From: Sedimentisphaerales bacterium
GTDB taxonomy: Bacteria > Planctomycetota > Phycisphaerae > Sedimentisphaerales > Anaerobacaceae
Reading direction: 5' to 3'
NCBI GenBank assembly: GCA_963708075.1
Contig: OY970194.1
Location: 4,800,001 to 4,864,000 of the forward strand
Length of the DNA: 64,000 nucleotides
In this document: piece after piece, positions 19,224 through 28,562 of the stretch
Numbering within the stretch: position 1 is the first letter of the stretch
Layout of the letters: each line of letters starts with the position of its first letter
The notes under the pieces: generated by a model
Seen by the model: only the letters and a program-made list of their open reading frames with translations
Database searches by the model: none
What the model was told of the DNA's origin: nothing
Made by a program: the position numbers and the translations under genes

Positions 19224-20339
19224 ATGAGTACACTGGCACGAGTGGCAACAGTCATTCTGGTGATCGCCGCAGCTTCAGGTCATGCACAGGCAGAGCCTTG
19301 GCCGCCTGATGTCTCCGTCAGTCCCCGGAATCCGGGTACCTCGGACCCAATCACCCTCACCATCTCGGACACGTGGTCAACCGACTGCGTCCCGCGAGGA
19401 ATCGTCGACACTCAGATTCAGGGGCACTCGATATACGTCACTGTGGGTCTCGTCATGTATGTCGTATGCAATCCCAAGCCGACCTTCTGGCAGGAGCAGT
19501 GCGCGGTAGGCCCCCTGGCTGCCGGATGCTACGATGTCTACGTTGGGCATGGCTCGGAGCATGGCGGGGAAATCCAACTCGTACAGCCGTTTGCCAAGGC
19601 CGCGACCTTTTGTGTGGGTGCCGGAGGGACTGGCGGCAGCTTCTGTTTTCCCCGCCCGGCCTACGATAGCGGTTGGATTGACACGCCCAAAACCGGGCCG
19701 GCACCCTACACGACGACCCTGACACACAATCTGGGCGGCAACGTGGACGATTACGTCCTCGATCTGCAGTACAAAACGTCCGGCCCGGGCGAGACCAACG
19801 TGACGAACGCGGGGGTCGGAAACACGTTCCACTACAGCCAACTGACGACCACGAGCGTGAAGCTGACGGGGCCGATCAGCCCAAAGGACGCAACGGTGAG
19901 TCTTCGTATCCGGATCTGGGTCTACAACTGCGGCGTTTCGTGTCCGGTTGACCTGGCCCCATATGAGCGCCTCAATCAGGGCGCCTCTCCATCGTCCATC
20001 CAGGCAGGCCAGACCCTGACCCTGAGGTTCGGCGTGGTGAACAATGGTACGCAAGCCGTCGCTCCGGGGTGGCGCATAAAGTACTTTGCCTCGCAGGACA
20101 CCAACATTCAGCAGACTGACGGCGACTACCTCCTCTATGAAACGACGGCCGACTTCGGAATCGATGCCGGTGAGCAACTGGGCCTTCTGGAGGAATTCGC
20201 GTTCCCCAGCACCGTGCCCGCCGGCCAATACTACCTCGGATGGATCTTCGATCCGCTCAACGAGATCTGCGAGTCCGACGAGAACAACAACACAGGCTGC
20301 CTGTGCACCACAGGGGGCAGGCTGACGGTTATGGAATAA
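19224..20339 (+). CDS. Secreted Cys-rich protein with PAYDSGW/HNLGG module and C-terminal CARDB-like domain
   Basis: AAGGAG RBS, AQA signal cleavage, GQYYLGWIFDPLNEICESDENNN. Confidence 0.7.
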   Translation: MSTLARVATVILVIAAASGHAQAEPWPPDVSVSPRNPGTSDPITLTISDTWSTDCVPRGIVDTQIQGHSIYVTVGLVMYVVCNPKPTFWQEQCAVGPLAAGCYDVYVGHGSEHGGEIQLVQPFAKAATFCVGAGGTGGSFCFPRPAYDSGWIDTPKTGPAPYTTTLTHNLGGNVDDYVLDLQYKTSGPGETNVTNAGVGNTFHYSQLTTTSVKLTGPISPKDATVSLRIRIWVYNCGVSCPVDLAPYERLNQGASPSSIQAGQTLTLRFGVVNNGTQAVAPGWRIKYFASQDTNIQQTDGDYLLYETTADFGIDAGEQLGLLEEFAFPSTVPAGQYYLGWIFDPLNEICESDENNNTGCLCTTGGRLTVME

Positions 20340-20419
20340 GAGGTAGGACCGCTTCGGCGGGGGATTCACCATCCTACTCCGCAGGCGCCGCATAGTCGCA
20401 CGATTTTTGGGATGTGATA

Positions 20420-21691
20420 TTAATTGCCCTTGGGCACCTGTAGCGTGACCATTTGAGGGCCTTTGCCCAGGGGCAGGGTGAATGTCTGGCGGGAAGAGAG
20501 GTGATCCGAGGTCGTCAATGTCGCGGCGTAGTCGCCGGGGTAGGCCGGGAAGGCGACGATGCCAGAGGAGTTGGTAGTGCCGGAGGCGTTGGTGGACCAC
20601 TCGGCCATGAGGGCTTCATAGCGTTTGCCGGCTTCGGTGAGCGTCCAATCCCGTTTTGCCAGGCCGGCGTTGGGCCCTCGCCAGGAATTGCCTGCCCAGA
20701 AGATCCACATGACGATTCCCTCGACGGCGGGATGGCTATACGCCGTGCGATAGACCAGCTCCAGCTTGTCCGCGTTGGACTTTTCGTCCACGTCCGCCAC
20801 GTCGAACTCGCTGATCCAGATCGGCAGTCCAAGGGCGGCGACCTTGTCCAGCCGCTGTTTGATCACCTCGGGATGGGCGAGGATGTCTTCGGACCAGACG
20901 TGGCCCTGGATGCCGACACCGTCGATCGGCGCCCCCTGCTCCCGCAGCCGGCGGACCTGGGCGACATATTCGTCCGTCTGGACCTCATTGAAATCCTTAT
21001 CCACGGACAGGACGTTGAACTCGTTCGTGTACAGTTTCACGTCCGGATCGAGCTCGCGGGCCCGTTTATACATCCAGACGTGGATATCCTCGCCGAGGCG
21101 GCCGCTGAAGAAGGTCCCGTGCAGCATCTCGTTGTCCACGTCCCAGTGGACGAACTTGCCGCGAAAGTGATTGACTGCGCTCTCTATGCGATGCTCGACG
21201 ACAGCCTTCAACTGTGCGGCATCGAGCGGCAACATCCACCGCGGCTGCCACTTCTCGGGCTCCCAGAAGATGCAGTGGCCGCGGACGGGGATGCCGTTGT
21301 CCTTGCACCACTGACACATCGCGTCGGCGGCGGCGTAGTCGTCTTTGCCCCGCACCCTCTCATTACTGTACCACTTGGACTCGTTCTCGAAGACCGCCCA
21401 GTTGAAGTGAGACTTGAAGAACTCGCCGTACTGGGCGTTTCTCAACAGAGCCGCGCTGACGGCCGCGCCAAAGGGAAACGCTTTGCGGGTCTGGCGAGCC
21501 TCCACGGCCACGCCCGCCTGCGGCTTGCCCTGCCCGTCGACGACGCGAACCTGCACGGGACGCAGGCGGATTTCCCGGATTCTCGCATCAGCCTCCGTCC
21601 GCCACGAAGCGTCCTGTGCCCAGCAAGCCGGTACACACAAGCTGCTCCAAGCTGCTGCCAGAACAATCGACACGCATCGCTGTTCACGCAT
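20420..21691 (-). CDS. Glycoside hydrolase family 10 (endo-1,4-beta-xylanase-like), secreted
   Basis: FENESKW, RGHCIFW, WDVDNE (acid/base), GIQGH, IWISEFD (nucleophile). Confidence 0.9.
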   Translation of the reverse strand: MREQRCVSIVLAAAWSSLCVPACWAQDASWRTEADARIREIRLRPVQVRVVDGQGKPQAGVAVEARQTRKAFPFGAAVSAALLRNAQYGEFFKSHFNWAVFENESKWYSNERVRGKDDYAAADAMCQWCKDNGIPVRGHCIFWEPEKWQPRWMLPLDAAQLKAVVEHRIESAVNHFRGKFVHWDVDNEMLHGTFFSGRLGEDIHVWMYKRARELDPDVKLYTNEFNVLSVDKDFNEVQTDEYVAQVRRLREQGAPIDGVGIQGHVWSEDILAHPEVIKQRLDKVAALGLPIWISEFDVADVDEKSNADKLELVYRTAYSHPAVEGIVMWIFWAGNSWRGPNAGLAKRDWTLTEAGKRYEALMAEWSTNASGTTNSSGIVAFPAYPGDYAATLTTSDHLSSRQTFTLPLGKGPQMVTLQVPKGN

Positions 21692-21707
21692 AACGGACTC
21701 CCACATC

Positions 21708-23033
21708 TCAAAGATCGGCCTGCCCGCCACCGGCAGGTCCATGCTTCATACCACTACCTGTCATCTGAACGTCCACTACCTCGACCTTGGGTGGATTAGC
21801 ATAAGCTGCATATCGCGCCGCCAGCGTCTCACGTGTCGGCGTTTCGCCTCGCCCTACCCAGAAGCGGTACCGCAGGGTCAGGGTTTCATTCTTTGGAATC
21901 GTCTGCCTGCAAAACGCACCGAACCGCCCGTAATCGCGATAGGCCGAGTAGAACGTCCCTTTGGGGTTCGCAGGGTGGTTCATGTGCTGCACGCAGTAGC
22001 GATTGCCGTTGAGGCCGTAGGACATCGCCACCCAGGGCAAGTCCGTGTCCTTGCGAGGGTCGATGCCATCGGCATGGAACAGGTACTGCGCATTGTTCTC
22101 TTCGGGCCCGGTCGCCACGTCGTTATGCGCTCGATACTGCACACCTCCATGCTCCGGATCGCCATCGAGAAGCACATCGCCGGCGACGGCTTTCAACTGG
22201 CTTTCGATATCCAGCAGCACGACGGTCGGGTCCGGGAGCCGGTAGACCGTGATGGTTCTCTGTTCGATGATGATTGCCATGCCCCACAGACCGGGGCCTG
22301 CCGGATCGCTCCAGTGAACGGTCGAAGCGACCCTGGCCAGGAAGTTTCCCGCCTCCCTTAGATTGAGATCATGGACTACCTGAGCTGTACCTTTCATGTC
22401 CCAGAAATCGTATTCCTTGCCTTCGAACGTCAGCTTGTTCCACCCGATGAAAATGCCACACTCGTTGGGATCGAGGATCTTGGCGCCCTCATACGGCTGG
22501 ACGCCATCCGGCCCGTTGGTCAGCCTCTGCTGATCGTCGTAGACATGGATAACCGGCTTTCGACACCGCCACGGCCGCTCCCAATACGGGTCACGCCGCA
22601 CATACGCAACGATCTTGGCGTCGCCGTAATGCAGGACGGAACTCCCTGGAGGATAGTCCAACCAGCAAGGCCGGTGATCGGCGAAGGCGCCTGGGCGACA
22701 GAAGTAACTCACGTCATAGACCTTTGCCGTCCACAGACTGGAGGTGTTTGCCTGCACTTGCGGCGCTATCCACCACAGTTCGCCCTTTCCGCTGAGATCG
22801 CCCATGATGGTGCCATGTGCACGCGACTCATCATTCTCGTCCATTGGAATGTCGAGAAGAGATGGAGGAACGACGCATATCCAGCCGGGCACATCGATGG
22901 GCACGCATATGGGGACTTCGATACATCGGGTATCGCCGCCCGTGACCTTCAGGTGTATCAGCGCGGCATTCTCCGCCGCGTCCAGATTGCACGCCAGTAC
23001 AGCACTCGCCAGAACCAGCATTGCCGCTCTCAT
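21708..23033 (-). CDS. DUF6807 / PmoA-like family secreted protein
   Basis: Signal peptide; GDPEHGGVQYRA, HPANP, RDYGRFG, LRYRFWV. Confidence 0.7.
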   Translation of the reverse strand: MRAAMLVLASAVLACNLDAAENAALIHLKVTGGDTRCIEVPICVPIDVPGWICVVPPSLLDIPMDENDESRAHGTIMGDLSGKGELWWIAPQVQANTSSLWTAKVYDVSYFCRPGAFADHRPCWLDYPPGSSVLHYGDAKIVAYVRRDPYWERPWRCRKPVIHVYDDQQRLTNGPDGVQPYEGAKILDPNECGIFIGWNKLTFEGKEYDFWDMKGTAQVVHDLNLREAGNFLARVASTVHWSDPAGPGLWGMAIIIEQRTITVYRLPDPTVVLLDIESQLKAVAGDVLLDGDPEHGGVQYRAHNDVATGPEENNAQYLFHADGIDPRKDTDLPWVAMSYGLNGNRYCVQHMNHPANPKGTFYSAYRDYGRFGAFCRQTIPKNETLTLRYRFWVGRGETPTRETLAARYAAYANPPKVEVVDVQMTGSGMKHGPAGGGQADL

Positions 23034-23104
23034 GTCCCTCCCTTCGGTCACCGGAGCCGTCCGTCACACGCGGGGCCAAATCATCAATAGTCAATCATCC
23101 ATCA

Positions 23105-24970
23105 TCAATCCAAAGGCACGATCCAGACGTTGCGGAAGCTGACTTCGTTGCCGTGTTCCTGAAGCAGGATCGGCAGAGGCTTCGGGCCTTCTTGCTGGCC
23201 GGCGCCGGTTTTACGCGGGACCTCGACGTTGTCGTGGATCAGGATGCCGTTCTGAAAGACCGTGATTCGCGCGTTTTGCACTTTCTCAGGCTTGCCGTCT
23301 TTGTCCGCCCAACGGGCCGCACGGAAGAGAATGTCGTAGGTCTGCCATTCGCCCGGCTTCTTGCAGACGTTCTGGTCGGGGGCCTTGAACGTGTAGATAC
23401 TGCCGCACTCATTATTCTTGGGCTCCAGTCCGTAAGAGTCGAGGATTTGCAGCTCGTACCGCCGCTGGATGTAGATGCCGCTGTTGCCCCGGCCCTGGCC
23501 CTTGACGTTGTCGGGCATCTGGGGCGTCTTGAACTCCGCGTGCATCATGAAGTCCGTATAGTCGCGCTTGGTCATAATACTGCCGGTCTTGGGCACGGAC
23601 TGCATCACGCCGTCGGCGATCTTCCACTGAATCTCACCGCCGCCTTCGCGCTGCCACTGGGAGAAGTCCTTGCTCAAGACGGTCGCCTGCGCGGGCCGGC
23701 TCGCTTCGACTTTCACCTGCGGCGGGTTCGCGTAATCGTTCCAGATCCGCTCGATCTGGGCGACATCGGGCTTGCCCTCGTGGACGTACCAGCGATAACG
23801 GAACACGTGGTCCTCGCCCGGCTTCATCTCCCACTCGCCCAACTGCGACGGGCAGAAATTGAAGAAGATATAGTTGTTAGGCTCGGGCCACAGCCGCATC
23901 GGCTCCGGGTGCCGGAAGTTCGCAGGATTGCTGAAGAATGTCACACCCTGCCACTCGTCGCCCGCCTTGCCGTAGTTGTCGCACCAGCGGGCACGGGTCG
24001 CGTGGCCGTCCTTGCGGGTCTTGCCCTCGCTGGTCAGGTAGTCCGCGTTCGGGCCCTTCCACTGCCGCGTTGCCCGGTACCCGAAGCCGCCATAACGATA
24101 CTCGTCCTGAATCAGCGGCTGGTCGGCCACGCAACGCTGCGTCGATTGGAAATCCACCAGCCAGTAACCCTTCTCTGTCCCACCCACGTTATAGACGCGA
24201 ACGTCCCAGACCTCCTTGAGAATCGTCTGCTCGCCCTTGGAGGTTTTCAACGCCACGTGGTCGTGCTCCGCCTGGAAGCCGCCGTAGACCGCACCGGTGG
24301 TCGTCGCCAGGAACTTCGAGAAGCGGACGGTCCCCGTGCCGTCGCCGACGTTCCAGAAATCGACCATCTTGCCCTCGAAGGTCGTGTGCGTCCAAGGCAT
24401 CCAGATACCCATGTGGTGGAGGTGGTCCGGCGGATTGATGTCGGTCAGCACCGTCCCCTTGGGTGACCAAAGGGGGTGGATGAACGCACTGTGGTCGTAC
24501 AGCGGCAGCTTCGACTCCGGGACCTTGGCGACGCCCTTCGGAGCCGGGAACGCCGCATGATGGTACTGCATCACCTTGGCATCCCCGACACTGATCTCCA
24601 GGTTCTTCTCGTCTTTGACGGCTTTGACCGGCCGGTCAACCCGAGCCTCCCCGGCGACTAACTCATAGACCCTCGTCTGTCCGGCAGGCAGTGTCCCCGC
24701 GATGATCCAATGCAGCTTCGGTGTCTCGCCCTGCTCGACCTGCGCCGGCACCGACACGCGATCAGCACCCCGCACCTCCTGCAACGACAGCGCCAGCCCC
24801 TTCACCGCCTGCGGCACCGTCGCCAGAGGCACCGACACCGGCGTATCCGTGCGGGCGTATTGCCCCGCCTCCACGGTAATCGTCGCCAGCGGCTCAGCAC
24901 ACAAGGCCACGCCAGAAAGAGTCATCGCAAGAACACAGGTCACAACAGCCGACACACGTGCACACATCAC
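23105..24970 (-). CDS. DUF6807 (PmoA-like) + C-terminal DUF1080 (3-keto-glycoside lyase-type) fusion, secreted
   Basis: FIHPL, DHLHHMGIW, YGGFGYR; then HAEFK, GNSGIY, YELQILDS, LQEHGNEVSFRNVWI. Confidence 0.82.
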   Translation of the reverse strand: MMCARVSAVVTCVLAMTLSGVALCAEPLATITVEAGQYARTDTPVSVPLATVPQAVKGLALSLQEVRGADRVSVPAQVEQGETPKLHWIIAGTLPAGQTRVYELVAGEARVDRPVKAVKDEKNLEISVGDAKVMQYHHAAFPAPKGVAKVPESKLPLYDHSAFIHPLWSPKGTVLTDINPPDHLHHMGIWMPWTHTTFEGKMVDFWNVGDGTGTVRFSKFLATTTGAVYGGFQAEHDHVALKTSKGEQTILKEVWDVRVYNVGGTEKGYWLVDFQSTQRCVADQPLIQDEYRYGGFGYRATRQWKGPNADYLTSEGKTRKDGHATRARWCDNYGKAGDEWQGVTFFSNPANFRHPEPMRLWPEPNNYIFFNFCPSQLGEWEMKPGEDHVFRYRWYVHEGKPDVAQIERIWNDYANPPQVKVEASRPAQATVLSKDFSQWQREGGGEIQWKIADGVMQSVPKTGSIMTKRDYTDFMMHAEFKTPQMPDNVKGQGRGNSGIYIQRRYELQILDSYGLEPKNNECGSIYTFKAPDQNVCKKPGEWQTYDILFRAARWADKDGKPEKVQNARITVFQNGILIHDNVEVPRKTGAGQQEGPKPLPILLQEHGNEVSFRNVWIVPLD

Positions 24971-25121
24971 GGTACTCCTTTCTATCTGAACCTTTACACA
25001 CCGATCCTCCCCGCTACCGAAAGACGGATTCTACCCGCCAGTTATTCCCGCGACAAGTAAAGCGCGTTTCTCGCGTGCCTGTGAGGCCCCATGTCACTCA
25101 TTGCCGTAAGGAGCCCAATCC

Positions 25122-25268
25122 GTCATGTCGAGCGAAGCGCAGCGGAGTCGAGACATCTGGCATCGCAGAGGATGCACCGTGCGGTCCCGGCCAGATCCCT
25201 CGGCGCAGCCTGGCCCTTCGACAGGCTCAGGGCAAGCTCTGAGCGCCGTCGAATGGGCTCGGGATGAC
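25122..25268. repeat. Composite GTCAT...ATGAC palindromic element containing CCCTTCGACAGGCTCAGGG
   Basis: Nested hairpins with GTCAT/ATGAC ends. Confidence 0.7.
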
Positions 25269-25376
25269 AAAGAGAGCCTGCTTCGCCAGAAGACATGGTA
25301 TTTTTGTCCTTGATTTTGTCTTGCCTTGCCCACGCTTATGGAGGTAAAATGAAACCACATTGCCAGGGAGAAAACC

Positions 25377-26337
25377 ATGAAACGCGAACACACATCGCGT
25401 GTCGCTTGGCGGTCCGAAGCCCATGTGCAGGGCCCCTGCCTTCCAATCATCGATCATCCTTCATCCATTCTCAATCAAAGGGCCTTCACCCTCATCGAGC
25501 TGCTGGTGGTGATCGCCATCATTGCCCTGCTGATGTCGATCCTGACGCCGATGCTGCAGCGGGCCCGCAAACACGCGAGGGCGGTCGCCTGCCAGGCGAA
25601 TCTGCGCCAGTGGGGCATTCTCTACGCCACGTATGCAGCGGAAAACGAAGGCCACCTGCCCGGCTGGCTCGACCGGCGCTGATGAGCCTGGCGACCCCGG
25701 GTGGGGGTGGTGGGGCTGGGGATGGGGCTACCGGGGCCGCCCGGGAGAACCGGAATCGCCACAGTACAGGGCTACCAAGGATATCATGCTCTGCCCCATG
25801 GCCACAAAGCCGGCCAATACGACCGATCAAGGCGATCCGGCGGGCGGGACCTTTTTGGCATGGGGCTACGGAACCCGGCCCAGGCCTGAGTACTGGCGGT
25901 ACGGCCACGGCAGCTACGGCGTGAATCGCTGGGTCCACTGGTCGTATTGGAGTGGTGGTGACACCTATTACCGCAAATACTGCTGGTCAACCCCCGACGT
26001 CAAGGAGGCCGCCGCGGTGCCCGTACTCCTGGACAGTGCCCGGCCCTGGGGCGGCTGGTGGGACCCGACGTCTGGGCAAAATATGCCGCCTCCGGAGTTT
26101 GATGCGATTCCGACGATGCCCTATACAAGTACCCCCTGGAATCCCTTCTGCATCAATCGCCACGATGGCTATGTCAACGGCCTGTTCCTCGATTGGTCCG
26201 TGCGCAAAGTGGGCTTCAAGGAGCTCTGGACGCTCACGTGGAACAAGCAGTTCAGCACCCGCGGCCCCCGGACCAAGGCCGGCGGTGCCAAACCCGAAGA
26301 CTGGCCCCAATGGATGCGACGGTTCAAGGACTACTGA
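25377..26337 (+). pseudogene. Prepilin-type N-terminal methylation / H-X9-DG-family (DUF1559-like) protein, frameshifted near 25660-25680
   Basis: [21 protein letters not shown] in one frame ending TGA 25682; CPMA, SYGVN and RHDGYVNGLFLDWSV continue in the +1 frame to 26337. Confidence 0.75.
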
Positions 26338-26361
26338 GCAGGCACCCGGCACCGGCTTCCA

Positions 26362-27792
26362 TCAGCCCTTGACGCAGATCAGGGGTTCGAGGCGGGCGAC
26401 CTTGTTGGCCAGGCCGGCGGTTTCGGTGGCGTCGACGACGGCTGCGACATCCTTGTAGGCGCCGGGGGCTTCCTCGGCGATGCCGCGGGCGGAGGTGCCT
26501 CGGATGAGGATGCCCTTCTGGGCCAGGTGCATGATGATGTCCTTGCCCTTCCAACGTTTGGTGGCCTGGCTTCGGCTCATGGATCGGCCGGCCCCGTGAC
26601 AGCAGGAGCCGAAGGACAGTCGCATGCCTTCGGCCGTGCCGACAAGGATGTAAGAGGCGGTGCCCATCGTGCCGCCGATGAGGACCGGCTGGCCGACCGG
26701 CTGCAGGTCCTTCGGCAGCGACGGGTCCCCGGGACCGAAGGCACGCGTCGCGCCTTTGCGGTGCACGTACAGCTTTTTCTTTTGGCCGTCGAGGAAATGC
26801 TCCTCGACCTTGCACGTATTGTGCGAGACATCGTAGAGCAGCGTGAGATTGGCGCGAGAGTAGATTTGCGCGAATGCTTCGCGGGCTAAATGCATCAGCA
26901 CCTGCCGGTTGGCCAGGGCGCAATTGATCCCCGCACACATCGCTCCATAATATTGCCGGCCCACGTCGGACTTGATCGGGGCACAGGCCAGCTCCTTTTC
27001 GGGCAACTCGATGCCCTGCTCTTTGGCCGTCTTGATCATCTTGGCCAGGTAATCGGTCGCAATCTGATGGCCCAGACCGCGGGAGCCGCAGTGGATCATC
27101 AGGATGACGTCGTTGAGGGCCACGCCGAGGACTTTGGCGATGTCCTCGCGGTAGACCGCCGTGACTCGTTGCACTTCGAGGTAATGGTTGCCCGAGCCGA
27201 GCGTGCCGACTTCGCTCTCCTGCCGCTCCTTGGCATGCTCCGAGACGTACCTCGGCTCAGCCCCCGGCATCTTGCCATTTTCCTCGACGTACGCCAGATC
27301 GGCCCGGGTCCCGTATCCCTGCTCGACGGCCCACTCCGCGCCGCCTAGCAGCATGTCGTCCATTTCCCCGGCGGAGACCCGCAGCTTGCCCCTGCTGCCG
27401 ACGCCGGCGGGGATTCGCCGGGCCAGTACGTCCGCCAGTTCCGGCTTGTTGTCTTCGATGTCATCCGCGGTCAGTCCGGTGCGGACGGCCCGCACGCCGC
27501 AGGAAATATCGAAGCCGACCCCGCCCGCCGAGATCACCCCGCCCTGATCCGGATCGAACGCGCCGACGCCCCCGATGGGAAAGCCGTAGCCCCAGTGGGC
27601 GTCGGGCATCGCGTACGAGGCCTTCACGATGCCGGGCAGAGCAGCCACGTTCGCCGCCTGCTGGAAAACCTGCTCCTCCATCGCGCGGACCAGCTCATCA
27701 TCGGCGTAGATGATCACCGGCACCTGCATCTTGCCGACGGGCGCGATTGTCCATTGTGCGTCACCAGTTTTCTGCAATCTCTCGGTGTACAT
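26362..27792 (-). CDS. rtcB: RtcB RNA 3'-phosphate/5'-OH ligase (archaeal/eukaryote-like long type)
   Basis: MPDAHWGYGFPIG, GFDISCG, GSGNHYLE, HCGSRG, SHN, HGAGR, EEAPGAYKD; AGGAG RBS before ATG 27792. Confidence 0.95.
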   Translation of the reverse strand: MYTERLQKTGDAQWTIAPVGKMQVPVIIYADDELVRAMEEQVFQQAANVAALPGIVKASYAMPDAHWGYGFPIGGVGAFDPDQGGVISAGGVGFDISCGVRAVRTGLTADDIEDNKPELADVLARRIPAGVGSRGKLRVSAGEMDDMLLGGAEWAVEQGYGTRADLAYVEENGKMPGAEPRYVSEHAKERQESEVGTLGSGNHYLEVQRVTAVYREDIAKVLGVALNDVILMIHCGSRGLGHQIATDYLAKMIKTAKEQGIELPEKELACAPIKSDVGRQYYGAMCAGINCALANRQVLMHLAREAFAQIYSRANLTLLYDVSHNTCKVEEHFLDGQKKKLYVHRKGATRAFGPGDPSLPKDLQPVGQPVLIGGTMGTASYILVGTAEGMRLSFGSCCHGAGRSMSRSQATKRWKGKDIIMHLAQKGILIRGTSARGIAEEAPGAYKDVAAVVDATETAGLANKVARLEPLICVKG

Positions 27793-27816
27793 CCTTGTGC
27801 TCCTGTCTATGCATCG

Positions 27817-27846
27817 CATAGGACCTATAGGACGAATGGGACCTAT
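27817..27846. repeat. 9-mer tandem repeat (ATAGGACCT-like); inverted copy 59337-59376; other 9-mer arrays at 14723-14813 and 53444-53470
   Basis: Direct reading. Confidence 0.65.
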
Positions 27847-28268
27847 CAGACATCTACAATGCACTGGGCAACCCAGTTGCCTTCGTTGTCGCGGCCGACT
27901 TCCAGGCCGGCGTATGTGGCGGCCTTGACCTCGACCGCGGGCTCGTGCTTCGCCACGTCCACCGGCTCGCCCCAGGCCTTTGCCTTCAGACCCCCTTCGA
28001 CAAGCTCAATCTCGAACCGACTGAAGAGCATGTTCCGGGCGTCCATCTCGTACAGCAGCGAGCTGAGCCAGACCATGAAGAGCATCTCGTCGTCGTCCTC
28101 TTCGCAGGCGATGTCAACAACCTCCTTCGGCTCGACTTTCTCGAGGTCGGCAATCACGGCCGTCAACGCCATCGCCGCCTGCGCGAACGCCTCGGCCTTC
28201 GTCGGCGCCACGCCGCGAATCCCGATATCCGACGGATGCGAAATATGCTCCCAGTGTCCTCGTGTCAT
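27846..28268 (-). CDS. Archease (RtcB activator)
   Basis: HPSDIG N-terminus, EVKAATY, C-terminal IVDV; directly upstream of rtcB. Confidence 0.92.
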   Translation of the reverse strand: MTRGHWEHISHPSDIGIRGVAPTKAEAFAQAAMALTAVIADLEKVEPKEVVDIACEEDDDEMLFMVWLSSLLYEMDARNMLFSRFEIELVEGGLKAKAWGEPVDVAKHEPAVEVKAATYAGLEVGRDNEGNWVAQCIVDV

Positions 28269-28562
28269 ACAGGCTCGAATCTCACACTCAGGTCCAGAAA
28301 CCTCGCCCATCCTATTCGACAATCCGCGTGCGAGGAATCAGTTTTCCCCTGAATCGCCGGGCGAAGGCAAAATCGTTCGACAGCATCGCCAAGTGTGTCA
28401 TTGCGAGTCGATCAGCCACAGGGCGGCTGGTGTCGGGAAGAAACGAGGTGGCCTGGGCGCAATGCTTACGCTCGCGTAAGCATGCCTTACCCATCGAGCG
28501 GAACATGTCTACACAGGCGTAGACATGGCGCCCACCGCCGCACCTGCAGCCTCCCGACTCGC

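Noticed and set aside
21708..24970. Methane monooxygenase function for the PmoA-like genes
   Set aside because: Soluble secreted proteins in a sugar context with no pmoB/pmoC; the family name is a known misnomer
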